From assembly GCF_963506605.1 (NCBI RefSeq), contig NC_083290.1:36146001-36210000 (forward strand): 64,000 nucleotides of DNA, read 5' to 3'. Both the position numbers and the translations under genes were made by a program. The DNA is from Zootoca vivipara (lineage: Eukaryota). Positions within the stretch are counted from its first letter, which is position 1, and the number at the start of each line of letters is the position of its first letter. Positions 11,748 to 25,119 of this stretch are shown here, piece after piece. The notes under the pieces were generated by a model. That model ran no database searches. It saw nothing but the letters and a program-made list of their open reading frames with translations, and was not told the DNA's origin.

Positions 11748-12240
11748 TCTTGTTTTTGCTGACTGTATAGAGCTTCTCCATCTTTGGCTGCAGAGAATAT
11801 AATCAATCTGATTTCGATGCTGCCCATCTGGTGATGTCCATGTGGAGAGTCATCTCTCGTGTTGTTGGAAAGAGTGTTTGTGATGAACCGCTTGTTCTCT
11901 TGACAGAACTCTATTAGCCTTTGCCCTGCTTCGTTTTGAACTCCAAGGCCAAACTTGCCAGTTGTTCCTTTTATCTCTTGACTCCCTACTTTAGCATTCC
12001 AATCCCCTATAATGAGAAGAGCATCCTTCTTTGGTGTCATTTCTAGAAGGTGTTGTAAGTCTTCATAGAATTGGTCAATTTCAGTTTCTTCAACACTGGT
12101 AGTTGGTGCATAAACTTGGATTACTGCGATGTATCGAGATCATTCTGTCATTTTTGAGATTGCATCCCAGTACAGCTTTTACCTCCCTTTTGTTGACTAT
12201 GAGAAGGCCACTCCATTTCTTCTATGGGAGTCTTGCCCAC
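11748..12240 (-). mobile_element. RTE/BovB LINE endonuclease-domain fragment
   Basis: IIGDWNAKVGSQEIKGTTGKFGLGVQNEAGQRLIEFCQEN is BovB-like. Paralogue at ~52670-53160. Confidence 0.92.
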
Positions 12241-12244
12241 AGAA

Positions 12245-13469
12245 TCAGGGGATGGCTTGAACTGTTATAGTCACCCCTATCAGAATTAACTTGGTATCTG
12301 GAGTGTTGGTAGGCTGCAGGAGCCCTGCATTCTGAAGCTCTAAGTTAAGAACAGAACCGGAACCTTTTAAATTGACAGTTATAGCCTGTCGATGGCTTAA
12401 AGAAGGATCCTCATCCTTTAATTCTCCCAAATTAGAGGTGTTAAAACCAAGTAAAAAGAGAGAAGCTATAAAGTCTTGAGGGAGAAGGCTCTGGTTTACC
12501 AAAAGCAAGTGGCATTTTAGGGCATATTGTGCAGCAAGGAACTTGTTTGCCACCTTTGACATGCCCAACCTGAGTTCTCAAAGGTCCTGAGAACATTCCT
12601 AGGACTTTGCTGGATTTGGCAAGAATTGGATACCAGAAATGAGGGGAGAAGCAATACATCACAACACATTAACCAAAAAGGGTTCCTGGATTGAATATGG
12701 ACTATAGAAATGAGAAAAGGCTTTGAAGAGTCTTTGAAGACATCCCTAGCTGAACCACCAGCGCTGGCATTGCCCAGTCCGTTTATATCCTGCAGACCGT
12801 ATGTGAATGAAGTGAAGGCTGTGAGATCGGGAGTGTTGATACAGAGAGGAGAATCCCATTGGAGGACAGTGGAGAATCTGGATTCTGTGGCCCAATGATG
12901 GCCAACATGCAGCAGCAGCATTTGTCCTCCCTGTGCAGGAGGCTCAGAAGGTGACTATGGGAGCTGATGTTGGAGATTATATTTTGCATGGAGTGCCTTG
13001 GATTCTCAGCACCAAAGGAAAAGCTTCTTCATCCTACTTACCAGTTCAGGTATGAGTTTTCCCTCCTGACTAACCCAAATCTGACTTTGAAAGCGTTAAC
13101 TCCTTGAACCCAGCTACCTTGTGTCATTTCCTTTTTCGGATCCAGGAGAACCCCATGATCATCTCTTTGCTATGTATCAGAAAGCTATTATCAGGATGTT
13201 CCTTTTAGAGATGCAGATGAAGACATGTTTGTGGATGAACCCAGCTTCATGGCCAAAGGAAGGAGATATTCAAGATTCGCTGTGGTTACGGCAAAGGTAA
13301 TCCTTACACAAGAAGGACTGCTCTCTCATTTTTCAGCACAAGAGGTTGAACTGATGGAATTGACTAGGACTCTCCATATCTATAAAGATTCTACTTATGC
13401 TTTTGGAACAGTGCAAGCCCAGGGCCTTTTGTGAAAGGAGAGAAGTTTCATTACTGCAGATGGACATCA

Positions 13470-13521
<52 letters not shown>

Positions 13522-13960
13522 TATTATTTATACCCCGCCCATCTGGCCGGGTCTCCCCAGCCACTCTGGGCGGCTTACAACAGAAAAATAAAACACTAAT
13601 ATATTAAACATTAAAAGCCTCCCTGAACAGGGCTGCCAACAGATCTCAACTACTTGCTCTCCTAGATGCCCTCTTGTTCCCTGTGATGCGTGTTGGATCC
13701 ATGGAAGAGCAACAGACCCAAGCTAGGAGAAGAAATACGATGGATGAGAAACCTCTAAGGAAGTGGCAAGAATGCTATCTTATGGGTAACGTGCAACATT
13801 TTCACCAAGGACTGACCCCAACCACAGCATACTGAAGAAAACATGATCTGAACTCGAGAATAAGGAACCTTGAAACCAAATATGGGTGATGGACTTTTGA
13901 TGGTAAATCTTGAAGGAATTTCATCAACAAGGAAGGACACATGAATGCAGTGAGAGAATT
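12245..13960 (+). mobile_element. Decayed endogenous retrovirus pol remnant (class I-like RT connection/RNase H)
   Basis: SLKTSLAEPPALALP, FVDEPSFMAKGRRYSRFAVV, SAQEVELMELTRTL and DSTYAFGTVQAQGLL match retroviral RNase H motifs. Many stops and frameshifts; ends approximate. Confidence 0.8.
13470..13638 (-). mobile_element. Short L2 3' end with (AAT)n, inserted into the ERV remnant
   Basis: Reverse complement of the L2 tail at ~5975-6100. Also at ~54392-54540; absent at ~31278. Confidence 0.85.
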
Positions 13961-16317
13961 GGGAGAATTAGTTTCTAGAATAGGCACGTTACTTTTGAAC
14001 ACTGAAGCCACAACACATGAGAAGATGTGAGTCCAGGAGTGAAATATATACATTTTGAGTAAGATGCCATTTTCTATTGTATTCCTCAAGATCTTATAAG
14101 TTATGTTAGTTTGTTGCTTTGCTAAACAGCTTTCATTAGGCATGTGTTGAATGCAGTTGTTTTTGTAATGTATGCCAAATTAAATATGCAGGAGGGTGAA
14201 GATAGTCTTTTAGAAAGGAAGCTCTTAAAAGTCTTGAGGGGGTTCTGCCTCTAAGAAGTCTGACCCCCTTTCTTTCGGGAGCCAGGAGTGAATCTGGAAC
14301 ATGTATCCCAGGGAAGAACAGCATAGATTTAGGCAACAGTTTGTAGGCTCCATTGCTCTTCCCCCACCGCAGCAGCAGTCTTCTTTTCCCAACGAGATTC
14401 CCCCCCCCTTCTTCACAGGAGCCTCCTCCCAGCACACCCTCCAAATCTGCCTTCCCATAGGCAGCCTTGGATTCAGCCCTTTGTTTCCAGCAGGGGCTGT
14501 GAAGTGCTGAAGGGACAGCAAGACCAGATTTTCTATGAGTTCTATGAGTTTTTCATGAGTTCCCATAGCCTGGATCTTGTCTCGGCCACTGGAGGTTGCA
14601 GGTGAGATGTATTTGGAGAGAACTGATAAGGAAGTGGGGCAGGATGGTGAAAAGGGACGGTTGTGAACATCCCCACCTCTGAGCGGCAGACAACTCTGGG
14701 GTTCCTGCGCTTAGCCTGGGTTCAGTTTCCTTGGAATGAAGACTGGGCTGTCTTTGGGATATTAGGCTTTGCTTGCCCATAGATGCTAGGATGGGTCCAG
14801 CTCAGAGCAAGACAATCTCCTGCCTCTCCAGATTCCAGCATCCTCCCATCTCACCAGACACATTCCCTGCCACCAGCCTCTATGTCTCCATCTTGGGGAT
14901 GACAGGGCATCCCTCCAGGGAAATGTGTAGAGATTTCCCTTACGAGCTGACTTTTCACAAACCAAAAGACTCACTTCTCTTTTTAACAAAAATATTATTT
15001 ATTCATTTTTTACAAAGTGAATATTTTACACATTTTAACATAAACCATAAGATCCATATTTATCATTTAAAAATATTTTTAATAAAAGAATTAGAATTAC
15101 AAAGACATAAAGTGATACAAAGGGGGGAAGTGAGGAGGAAAAGGACAAAGATGCTTATAAAAAAGAAGGAACAAAAATAATATGCTCCCTATTTTGCCTA
15201 TACTATTCTATACATCCATTCTAACCTATCTATCTTCCTAAAAAAAGTCCTGCTTGCCGTTTTAAGTCCTGAAAGAGTCAATAAAAAGTGTCCAGTCCAC
15301 AAATTCACTTCCAGGTGGAGGGTCGATGTTGCTCATGTCGTCTTCAGGGCGGCTCCTTTCCCAGCTGATGACATTCTTGCGGGGGTCTTCTTTTCTCCGG
15401 ACGTCTCCTCCCAGGCTCCAGCAGATAGACCGCCATTTCCCATCGTGGATTTGTTGCATGCAGGAAAAAGAGAAGAGAGATTCTGTTAGAAAGGGTACTA
15501 AATCTCATGAATATCAGACCCTCTTGTTGCTGCCCCCCCCAACAATAATGAATAAACAAAGAAATGGAAGTAAGTTGCTGCTGGGGGGTTGCCTGCCCCA
15601 CCCCCCACTCGAGAGGACGAAAGAGTCCTGCAAGGAACTGGACCCTGGGCTTACAACAGCGACTGGGGGAGCTCCATAGAGCCTGCCTGTCCTGGGGGCG
15701 GGACCCCCAACAAAGGGCAAACAACAAAGGAAAAGTTGTCCCTTTGGGGGCAACACTTAGGGGGCGAGACCAGATTGTGGGCCAGCCCCCTTGTGATTAC
15801 ATTACTGTTTTAACAAGGATGGGGCTTTAAATTGGGTGGGTGCTGTTTGATTTGCAGGGTGGGGTTGTTTTAAATGGTTGTTAAATGTGATATGTTGATT
15901 TAGATTTTGGATTTGTGGGCTGGGGTGTTGTTTTGGGGCTTTTGTATTAGTCTTGTGGCTATTTTTATTATGTCTTTATTATTTAATTTATGTTATGTTC
16001 TGATATTTTTATTATGATTTTTGCACACTGATTATTCTTATTATGGATTTTGTGCTTTGTATGCTGGAACTTGGTGTTGTGAACCATACTGAGATTCAAA
16101 ATCAATCAGTGAAATAAACCCTCAACAATCAAAAACGACATCAACAAGAAACACAACAACAACAAAAAGATTTCCTACCGCTATGTATGGGGGGGGTATC
16201 GTGAGGGCAGCACCACTCCTATTGGTCGATCCTGGTGGCGTTGATGTTCCTGGTGCTGGTCCAGACTGGATCCCATGGAGAGCAGAAGATGGTATCTCTG
16301 CAGCACAACTCTGATGT

Positions 16318-19300
16318 TCATGTTCCCTTGGCCTGGCGCGACTGCGGATGTTCTGTCAGGAGGAGAAAGGGCTCTTTTTTAAAAAGAAACATCACCTCCA
16401 AATAGCCCACCAGACATCCAAATAGCCCACCAGATGCCTCACTCACCTGGCATGCAGCTCAGGAAGTCCCGTGGGTAAGGTTCCCTGTGAACACAATGGA
16501 GCAGCCTCCTCACAAGGCGCTGGACCCTGCCTTTCTGCCGATGTTTACAGGCCCGCTGCATGATGTTCAGGCAGCTCCTCCCTGTCCGCCTGAGCCCTTC
16601 TTCCTCGTGCTGCTGCATCTCTTCCAGCCCTGAGTGGCAAGAGAGAAAGGTTGAGCAAGGATTCAGCTTTTCACAAGGCAAAAACTTCCAAAGCACCCCC
16701 ACCAGAACCTGCCTTCACCTAAAGCCCTTTCTCAGCAGAAGCATCCCTCCCTGCTCTCTGTACGTCTCACTTACATGTGCCGTAGGATGCCATGTCTTGA
16801 CTGTCTATGAAACTGGCATCCCGGAAAGCCAGATGACCTAGAGAGACAGGGCAAGAAAAGGGACGTCATCGGCAGCTCGGCAGGAGGACAGGTATGCTAG
16901 AGCCTCCACCCTTGCGGAGCACTCAGAGCAAGATCTGGGCGCAGATGGAGACCTACCTAGCAGGTGGCCTGGGGACATGCCCATCCTCAATGCCAGCATT
17001 AGCAAGACGTTTCTGTCCATCCCTACCAGGGAAGGACGTTGCTTGACTTACCCAGAAGCAGAGCTGCCACCCTGGAGACTGCTGGCATCCTGTTGGCAGA
17101 CGGCTTCATACATGTCAAGGCAGCACTCCGAAGGATGTTCTTGCTGAAAGTCTTGCTCTGTCGGCAAAGACAAAGGCGAAGGGGCATCAGAGAGGCTTGA
17201 GAGCGCGGAAGAAGAATCCGTCACCCCCAAAGACATCCCTGGGCAAATCTGCCAATGAAGCAGAGTGACCTTACCAGATGCTTGGCAGCCTGGTGGAGAG
17301 CAAAGTGGAGGCTAAATTTGTTGGGATGTGCCCACCACTTCACTTGTGGAGCTAGATGGGAAAGAGCCCTCCTTGCGGCCTGCAACACAAGAAGAGAAGA
17401 GGCTTACAAATTGCAGTACATAGTCTTGGAAGCTCTTGAGAACAATACCTCCCTCCTACTGCATAAGTCCACCTCCTTGGCCCTCACCTTGGCCACCTCG
17501 TCCTCGTCTTCGAGGTGAAGGAGGACGACGACCAGTTCATTAATGGCTTCTTCTTCTGTTGTTGTTGTTGTGGGAAGCTTTTTGTCTCTCGCCCAGCCCC
17601 GAAGCAGGCCCAGATGTTGGATGGCTGATGCCCGGACGGAGGCTTCCTCCTGTAGGCAGAAAAGATCAGAGGTTGTGTTTCTTATCAGATTAGTTTCCTT
17701 TCTCCTGTCCACCAAGATGTTTTGAGGCTGCTTAGCCCCCTATCCTCCTCCGGGGGGAGACTGGGGGCAGGGGGGACTCTCCCCCTGTGTTTTCCAGGCA
17801 GGCTTCCAAGAGAAGGTGCTCCAAAGGAACACTTTCCTGAAGCCAGAACATCTCTGCTTCATGCCAGTCTAAACACCACCCTTCCTCTTCCAAAGCATTC
17901 CTCCTCCCCCCTGTGTGATGTCGTGTGTTTCCTAATACTCACATGGGCAGCCAGACCGCAGTAGGTTGCGGCCAGCATCTTCAGGTCTTCCTCTCCCAGC
18001 TCCTTGGAGAGGTAGGCTTGGTGTACCAGCTCTATCAACTCTGGGAAGACATCAGCTTCTGCATCAGGGAGGAAATCCAGCAGCGACAGCCGCAGAAGCG
18101 AAGGGTCCTACACAAAAGAGAGAATCTTTTCAAAGGTCTGAAAGGCCCCACGCTGTTTCTTTGAGAACAGGCCCTTCAGCATTCTGTCAGCAAAAGAGTG
18201 CTGGGCCATGATTAGAACCAAAATCTGTGCCCCCTCCCCCCTCCCTCTGACTATCACTTACCATGTCAGAGTCCAGAAGCAGGGATATCCCTCTGACGCT
18301 GAGCTTCCGGACTTGCAGGTGGTCATGTTTCAGCCAGGTGAGGAGCTGCTCCAGTGTATCCTCACAGGGATAGACCTGCAGACGGCAGCTGAGCAGCTAA
18401 AGAGGCCCAAAGAGAAAGAAACTCTTCAGTGATGAGAGGTTGAGGCCTTGACATAAGCCGCAGAATAGGGAAGGTAAATGCAGGTGCAATGTCCAGATTC
18501 TGATGGAGGCTGCTTGGGGAACCAAGGACATGCAAGGAGCCAAAGAACACAAAGCCCAACACTTGGCAGAAACCAAGCCAGGGCCTCCTTGCTGCTGCAC
18601 CCATTTCCTCCCGCGTCAGTCCCCCTCACCTCGATGTAGATAGCTGCCGCTACTTGTGGCATTCCGGCAAACTCCTGGTCCTCGAGAGCAGCGGTGATGT
18701 TTTCTACCATGGGAGGGATCCACCAGTGTCGCTTTCCGACGGCTCTGAAATGAAGAACCAGATCTGGGTAAGGAAGGGAAAGACACCGAAGGAAGCAAAC
18801 AGGGGCACAGTCCGATCCCGTGCCATGATCTCCGTTTACCAGACCATTGGGGAAGGTCACTGTGTTCTTCCTCTTACCTCACCATGGCAGCCAACCCCTG
18901 GCTGAAATTCTCCCGGCAGAAAAGTTGGTCAACAATGGCAGCCTCTACTTGTTCTCCAGTGGTGCCGAGAAGGAGGTGCAGAACTTCCTTAGCCCCTCTG
19001 TAACCAAAGCAAGGCCAGTTTTACCAGGAGGGTCATTGCCACCCACTCAAATTCCTTCCCCATCCTTGCTCCCTAGCAAGAGAGCCTCCCTTGAAAAACA
19101 AAGCTGGACTGGCAACCCCCCAAAGTTGAAGGAAAAAGGACTCCATTGGCCCCTTTGCAACACACTACTCACCCGAGGAATTCCTGGTCATAATGGAAGT
19201 TGACAACCATCCCCAGGAGAGCGATCAGCAGCTGCGGGAAGTTCCGGCGCACAGCTGCCTTGTATACCTCCATCCTGAGGATGGCGTGCAACAGGCTGGT

Positions 19301-22300
19301 GAGATGTTGCTGGAAGAGAGAGAGAGGTGCAAGTTACTTTCCCTGCTTTTCTGCAGAATACAGAAACCCCTTGATATTACCCTGGGAAGAAGGAAGCCAG
19401 AAAGCAGGTGGTTCGTCCTTACCACTTGGGTGGCAGATTCCGCCAAGGGGCTTTGGTAAAGCTGCTCGGCCATGAGATGGAGCAGTTGTTCTTGGTCGGC
19501 TGATGCCAAAACCTCCTTCCATACTCTCTCGCAGTCTCTGTGAATGCAAAAACAAGATCAATGGTCAGATTCAAGGAAATGGCAGCAAGGGCTTTCTGAG
19601 CAAGCCCTGCATCTTGCCAACCTTTCCCTTAGCCCAGTAGAACCTGGAGAGCTCCATACCTGAAGGGAAACTGGAGGAGGTATGCAACCACTTTCGCCAG
19701 GTGTTGGTGTGGCATGATGGACAGAGCAAAGGCGGCCATGTTTCTGCCCTGCACTGTAGGCCCCTGGGTGATCTTATAGAAGGCCTCCAGCAGCACCTCC
19801 ACCTGTCAGAGAAAAGGAGAGGGTTGCTGGGAGAGTACAAGGAAGCGGGGCTGTCTGCAGGCGGATCCCTCCATCTCTCATAGAAAGAGGGGCCCTTGAC
19901 CTGTGCTACCACAGCCATCTTCCTTCGAAGGTACCACTCAGGGTCCTTGGGAGTTTTGGACCCAGGCAGCTCCAGGGCACCAGTTGCCCTATCCATTCTT
20001 GGCCAAGAGAAGAAGCTTGCCAGTCTGCTCCCAGGATGAGGAGGAGGAGGATTCCCCATTGCTGGACCCATGTCTCTCAGGACCCTTGGCTGAGGTTCTT
20101 GTCCTGACATTGTCAGGCCTCTCTAAAGAAACATGTGTCCTGGCCACCCAATGGCATGAGGTTGCCTCCCCTACAGCAAAGTGGAGAATCTTCTTCTCTC
20201 CTACCTTTGCAGACACCTTACCTCCACTTTTGTGCCGCTAAACTGCTTGATGAACTCTTGCAGCAAGTGGGAGATGTCCAAGGGGTTGAAGCTGCTCTCG
20301 ACAACCAGGTCACTGGCCAGGAAGCACATGGCCTCCAAGAGCTGCTCCGCAGGAAGATAGGCACCATAGACCTGAATGAAGCAAGAGAGGAAGGTCAGAG
20401 CTGCCCACAGGGCAGGGCTGGGGAGCAGAAAGCCCAGGTGCTGTCTCTGCGGAACCCAGAACATGTGGCTTGAGAGACCGCTCTGCCTTGTGTGACAGTG
20501 ACTTACCCTGGCAAGAGAGTAACAATCATTCACGAACAATTCAGGAACCGGTCCTCCGGTGGATTGGAGGACCTTCTGAGCTCGGAGGATGAGGGTTTGG
20601 TTCCACGATGTTTGTGCCAGCGTCTCTGCAAAGGAAAGCCAAAGGGTTAGTTCGGGCCTTGCTCACCCCACCCCATGCTGGAATGCATTCCTTCCAGTCT
20701 TACCTTCTTTGCGCCGCAGGATGGGCAGAAGATGGCAGAGGGCCTCTGCTGCCTGCTGCCTGCACTCCGGGTCTGGATCCAAAGCACACAGGCAGGAAAT
20801 AGCCACCAGTTGGCCAAGGGGGGATGCAGGAAGCGCTACCGATGGCTGAGAAGAGACCCAGAGAAGTGACTGATAAGAGAAGAGACCCATCACCATTTTC
20901 CCTATAACATTATTATTAAATCTTCAAAACATTCCAAAACATTTACAATCCTATATCAGGGAGGGGGGGGAATAGTTTCTTTTTTACTTCGCACCCCTCT
21001 TTTCCTGATGTTTGCTTTTTACTTTTTACTCACTGGGATTTGCTGTACTATGGCCCAGCTCTTTTCTCAAAATTGGTTATGTGCTGCGATGCCTGATTGT
21101 CCCTTGGGCCCCTTGCAGGGTGGGCCTGGAAGGGGCAGCCTGAAGGCCTTGTCAGCCCTGCATGGTTGCAATGCTTTCCTTCAGTAACTCACATATTCCT
21201 GGATCTTCTGCAGGAGGGCGGAAAGATCTTGGAGCGCCTTCCTTCGGATCTTTCCACTCTTCATCCTGGTGACGACATCCATAAGCCTGGCCTTCAGCTG
21301 GTCCTTTCTGAAGCCGTCGGGAGGAGGATCAGCCGCGCCCAAAGAACCTGTGGTTGAGATGCTGAGGGGAGAGAGGAGGAGCACTTTTGTAAAAAGGTTT
21401 TATTGCCTCCCATCCTTCAAAGACCCCAAGCACCACCACCTTAGAAATGGACCGGGGTGGTGGCTTTTCAAAGCAATTGATTTCTGGGGGGCTGGGGGGG
21501 GGGCGGTTCGCCTAGCATTACCTTGCATAAAGATCCTCCTCATCTTCCAGGCTGATTACTGATATCTGATCCTCATCAAAATCAATTCCCTGTCCATGAG
21601 AAAAGAGAAACAGGAACATCAGAATGTGAAGAATGGATCAGACCCATTCATGTTTTTGTGTTGATCAGGAAAGCGCAGAGGTAGGTTGGGAAACAAACTG
21701 AAAATCTCTGTTCTCCATTTCCTTAGAGACGTTATTAATCCATTCATTTAGAGCATTTGTACCACTCTCTTAGGGGCACAGGTGGCGCTGTGGTCAAAAC
21801 CACAGAGTCTAGGGCTTGCCGATCAGAAAGTCGGCGGTTCGAATCCCCACGATGGGGTGAGCTCCCGTTGCTTGGTCCCTGCTCCTGCTAACCTAGCAGT
21901 TCGAAAGCACGTCAAAGTGCAAGCAGATAAACAGGTACCGCTCCGGTGGGAAGGTAAACAGTGTTTCCGTACACTGCTCTGGTTTGCCAGAAGCGGCTTA
22001 GTCATGCTGGCCACATGACCCAGAAGCTGTACGCTGGCTCCCTCGGCCAGTAAAGCGAGATGAGCGCCGCAACCCCAGAGTCAGGGGTACCTTTACCTTT
22101 ACCTTGCCCCTCTCTTAAGGCAAAAAGGCTCCAAGGGAGCCCTCCATGAAATCAAATGCAAGAAACTCCCTAATGGTGACTTCTTTTGTAATAAACAAAC
22201 TGACCAACTGAAATACAACACACAAGGAAAGGGGGCAAGGAGGGCAGAGGAAAAGACAACTCGCAAGCAGTCAGGCCTCGGTGTCTAGAATGTTGCCATC

Positions 22301-22937
22301 TCTCCCACTGAGGCAGCCTGATGAAATGGCTGCCGCCAGATGACAGTTGGGGGAGAGGAGGCCTGAGGGAGCTGGCCTGTCTCACCAGAGCCCATGGCGC
22401 TGTTTCTCATCCATCCTTCCTCCAGGAGCAGAGCTCCGCCAGGCTTCCTCTCTCTCCCTCGCCTGCACCTGGGAGCAGCCCTTTCCTGCGATGGACTCTG
22501 TGGACAGGTGGGTAGCAGGGCTCCCTGCCTCAGCTCTGCAGAAAAACCAGCTCCGTCCGGCACCTCCTTCCCCTCCACTTGGCCAGCCACTCACGCTTTC
22601 TTTTCTTCTTCTGTTTTTCTCTTTCCCTTCCAAATTATAGTATAACATAACATCCAGCATGTAGAAATATAAATGACGCCTCTCCCAGATTCACATGAAC
22701 ATAAACCAGAAGGAATCCTTTGTACAAAATAATATTCAATCGACTGCAATATAGGACACTGAATTTTCCGTTTCTGCAGTCCTTCTCCCCTTTCAAAAAC
22801 TTGGGCAAAGCTCAACCTTTTCTTTGATTTTGGATAGCTCTTTGCCAAACTTGGTGATACTATTAATCTAGGTTCTAGAGTTAAGCCCACTGGCCATGGC
22901 AACCTCCACTTACCTCCAGGGGTCGTGGGGACGCCAT
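16318..22937 (-). CDS. MROH family-like gene, copy B, complete 19-coding-exon CDS, 751 aa
   Basis: Exons 22937-22914, 21589-21522, 21361-21193, 20845-20704, 20625-20507, 20371-20222, 19802-19660, 19537-19423, 19309-19173, 18997-18878, 18744-18630, 18396-18262, 18107-17943, 17649-17488, 17379-17275, 17157-17052, 16837-16775, 16629-16447, 16352-16318. Total 2256 nt, all GT-AG, phases compatible, no internal stop, ends ...EHPQSRQAKGT*. HEAT-like motifs include VRKLSVRGISLL and EEASVRASAIQHLG...LLHLEDEDEVAK. The exact orthologue was not identified. Confidence 0.88.
21773..22105 (+). mobile_element. Sauria SINE, uninterrupted (copy B)
   Basis: tRNA-like head, ACCTTT tail, approximate TSD CTCTCTTA. 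Confidence 0.9.
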
Positions 22938-23769
22938 CTTCTAATGTAGTGACTGAGCGAAGGTCACTACTGGCCACCTCTGCAAACCTCGAGATGCTGA
23001 AGATGCAGGACTGTTCAAACGGTCACAAGTTCCGTTGCTAGGCAGCGGCCCTTGAGAACATGGAATTCCCGGCCTCAGTGCCAATGTTCTAGGAGAGTCC
23101 ATGTGGCCTAGTGGTTAGAGCAATGTGAATGGCATGCAACTCAAGGGTGATATATATATTCTTCGAACTGTACAGTTTAATACTTTTTATTATTATTTTA
23201 ATCCTGCTTTGCAGACTCTTGTTGTCTTCTAAAGCAGCTGACATTGATTTAAAAGAAGGTGAGACAAGTCCTGTTCTCAGGTTTAGAAACTCCAAAGACA
23301 CCCAATGGAAGGGATGTGGAGGAACAAGGCAGAGGAAGAGCCCCTTTCCCAAGGCCCAAGGAGAGGCCTGAGATGTCCCCAGGCAAGTCCTGTCCTGCTG
23401 GTGCCACGCTGACCTTCTCCACCCCCAGCTCTTCTTGGACAGAGACACAGCCACTGACCATGTAGGGCTTCATGCCCAACTTCAAGGGGGCTGTGGGGCT
23501 CAAGCCCCTCTCAGATTTCCCCAGGGGGCTTATCTGGGCCCCACAGGCAGTGACTGGCAAATGCGCAGGCTCACTTGAGGGGCTCAGTTGCAACTATGTT
23601 ATCCTACAGGTTCCAGGATGGGGTGGGTGGGTGTTTATGGAGAATTGGTAGTCTGGCTCCAAGGGCCCATTGCCCTCACAAAGGGGCCTCCCCCTGAGCC
23701 CTGAGGAAAGAGAGGTGGGTTTCAGCAAGACCCAAGGCAGCCCTTCAGCCCCCAGGCTTCCTTGAGCAG

Positions 23770-23880
23770 ACTTCCCGGAGCAGACTGGCGAAACAGGGCT
23801 TATATACACTTCCGCCCGCCCCCTGGCGACACCCACTTAGGGCAGGATTGGCTGCTTTGCACTAGGCAGCCAATCACAAT
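23770..23880 (-). promoter_or_regulatory. Putative core promoter of MROH copy B (two CCAAT, GC box, ETS, TATA)
   Basis: TATA at 23799-23807, GC/ETS at 23808-23825, inverted CCAAT pair GATTGGCTGC...GCAGCCAATC at 23846-23875. Confidence 0.6.
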
Positions 23881-24785
23881 GCAGGGTTCAGAAGCCTGTC
23901 CTGCCTTCTGATGCGGACTCAGCTGAGAGCAGGAGACACCAAGGAGCAGACAGAACCCCTGACACCCCCCTTTTCCTGGGAGCAACTGACTGCAAGGCCT
24001 CTGCATTGCCCCACAGAGAAGGGCCAAGGTTGGAAGAAGGCTGGACTGGCCCAGTCAAGGGCCTCCCTGATAGGAAATAGAAATACGGTCTCCAGCTTTC
24101 CTAGGAGTGACACACTGCAAGGCTTCCGCTGCGCCTACGATGGCCACCTTTGGCAGACCCTCCAAGTGTCCCTATTTTCCAGGGCCGTCTTTGATTTAGC
24201 AGAGCCAACCCAGTTTCTGATTTGATCCTGGAATGTTCCACTTTCCTTAGAATGTCCCTCGTTTGTTTGGGAAAATGGCCTGGAAGTTATGGAATTACAA
24301 TGATACCTTAATTCTCAGACTCAATCCATTCCGGAAGTCCGTTCCAAAAGCAAAGCGTTTCCAAACCAAGCTGCGCTTTCCCATAGAAAGTAATGCAACA
24401 TGGATTAATCCATTTTAGACTTTTAAAAACAACGCCTGAAACAGTTATTTAACATGAATAGACCATTGATCCATAAAATGAAAACAATAAACATTGTACT
24501 GCAGTCACACAGATTCCCCTGGGGGGCTTACATGGGCCCCACAGGCAGCAGACAGTCCCTGGCAAATGCTCCCCACCTGCTGAATTTCTGCCTGCCAGAA
24601 TAGTAGTAAATGTAGAAATCAATCCAAAATAGAAGGAATAAAGAAAAGGGGGAAGAGATAACAAGAAATTCTGCTTCTCTTCCTCATGGAGCTTTGCCTC
24701 CAACACCCTAATGATGTTCACATAACCCCTCATCCCCCTGAGACTTCCAATATAGTAAGGTTATGGTGCTTTAATGGCCAGGGAA

Positions 24786-25119
24786 CATACCTGCCAAGTC
24801 CCTGCCTGAGAAATAAGGGACTGGACCGGAAGTAGCAGACCGGAAGTAGCACTGCGGCCATTTTGGAACTGGGCGGAGCATGCTCAGAAGCGACTTTTGA
24901 TGCTGCTCTGCCCTTTTCCAAAATGGCCGCCACGCCAGAAGTCGCGCTGCAGCCATTTTGGAACTGGGCAGAGCAGCAGCAAAAGTCGCTTCTGTGCATG
25001 CTCTGCCCAGTTCCAAAATGGCTGCCGCGTCAGAATAAACTGGGAAAAAACAAAAAAATCCGTTTTTTCGGCTGGGAACAGCTGGAAAAAGGGAATACAG
25101 GAGACTCGGCACAGCTATG
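24786..25119. mobile_element. hAT-type MITE upstream of the copy B promoter
   Basis: CATACCTGCCAAGT...CAGCTATG, 8-bp TSD CCAGGGAA; empty site in copy A at ~8170. Confidence 0.88.

Noticed and set aside
14975-15470. Minus-strand ORF 15262-15459 as an extra MROH exon
   Set aside because: It lies past the stop codon with no clear acceptor. The ending (EFVDWTLFIDSF) and AT-rich tail look more like an old LINE 3' end, but I cannot assign it confidently.
19571-20110. 179-188 aa minus-strand ORF across intron 6/exon 7 in B and C
   Set aside because: Broken by a stop in copy A, out of frame with exon 7, non-ATG start.
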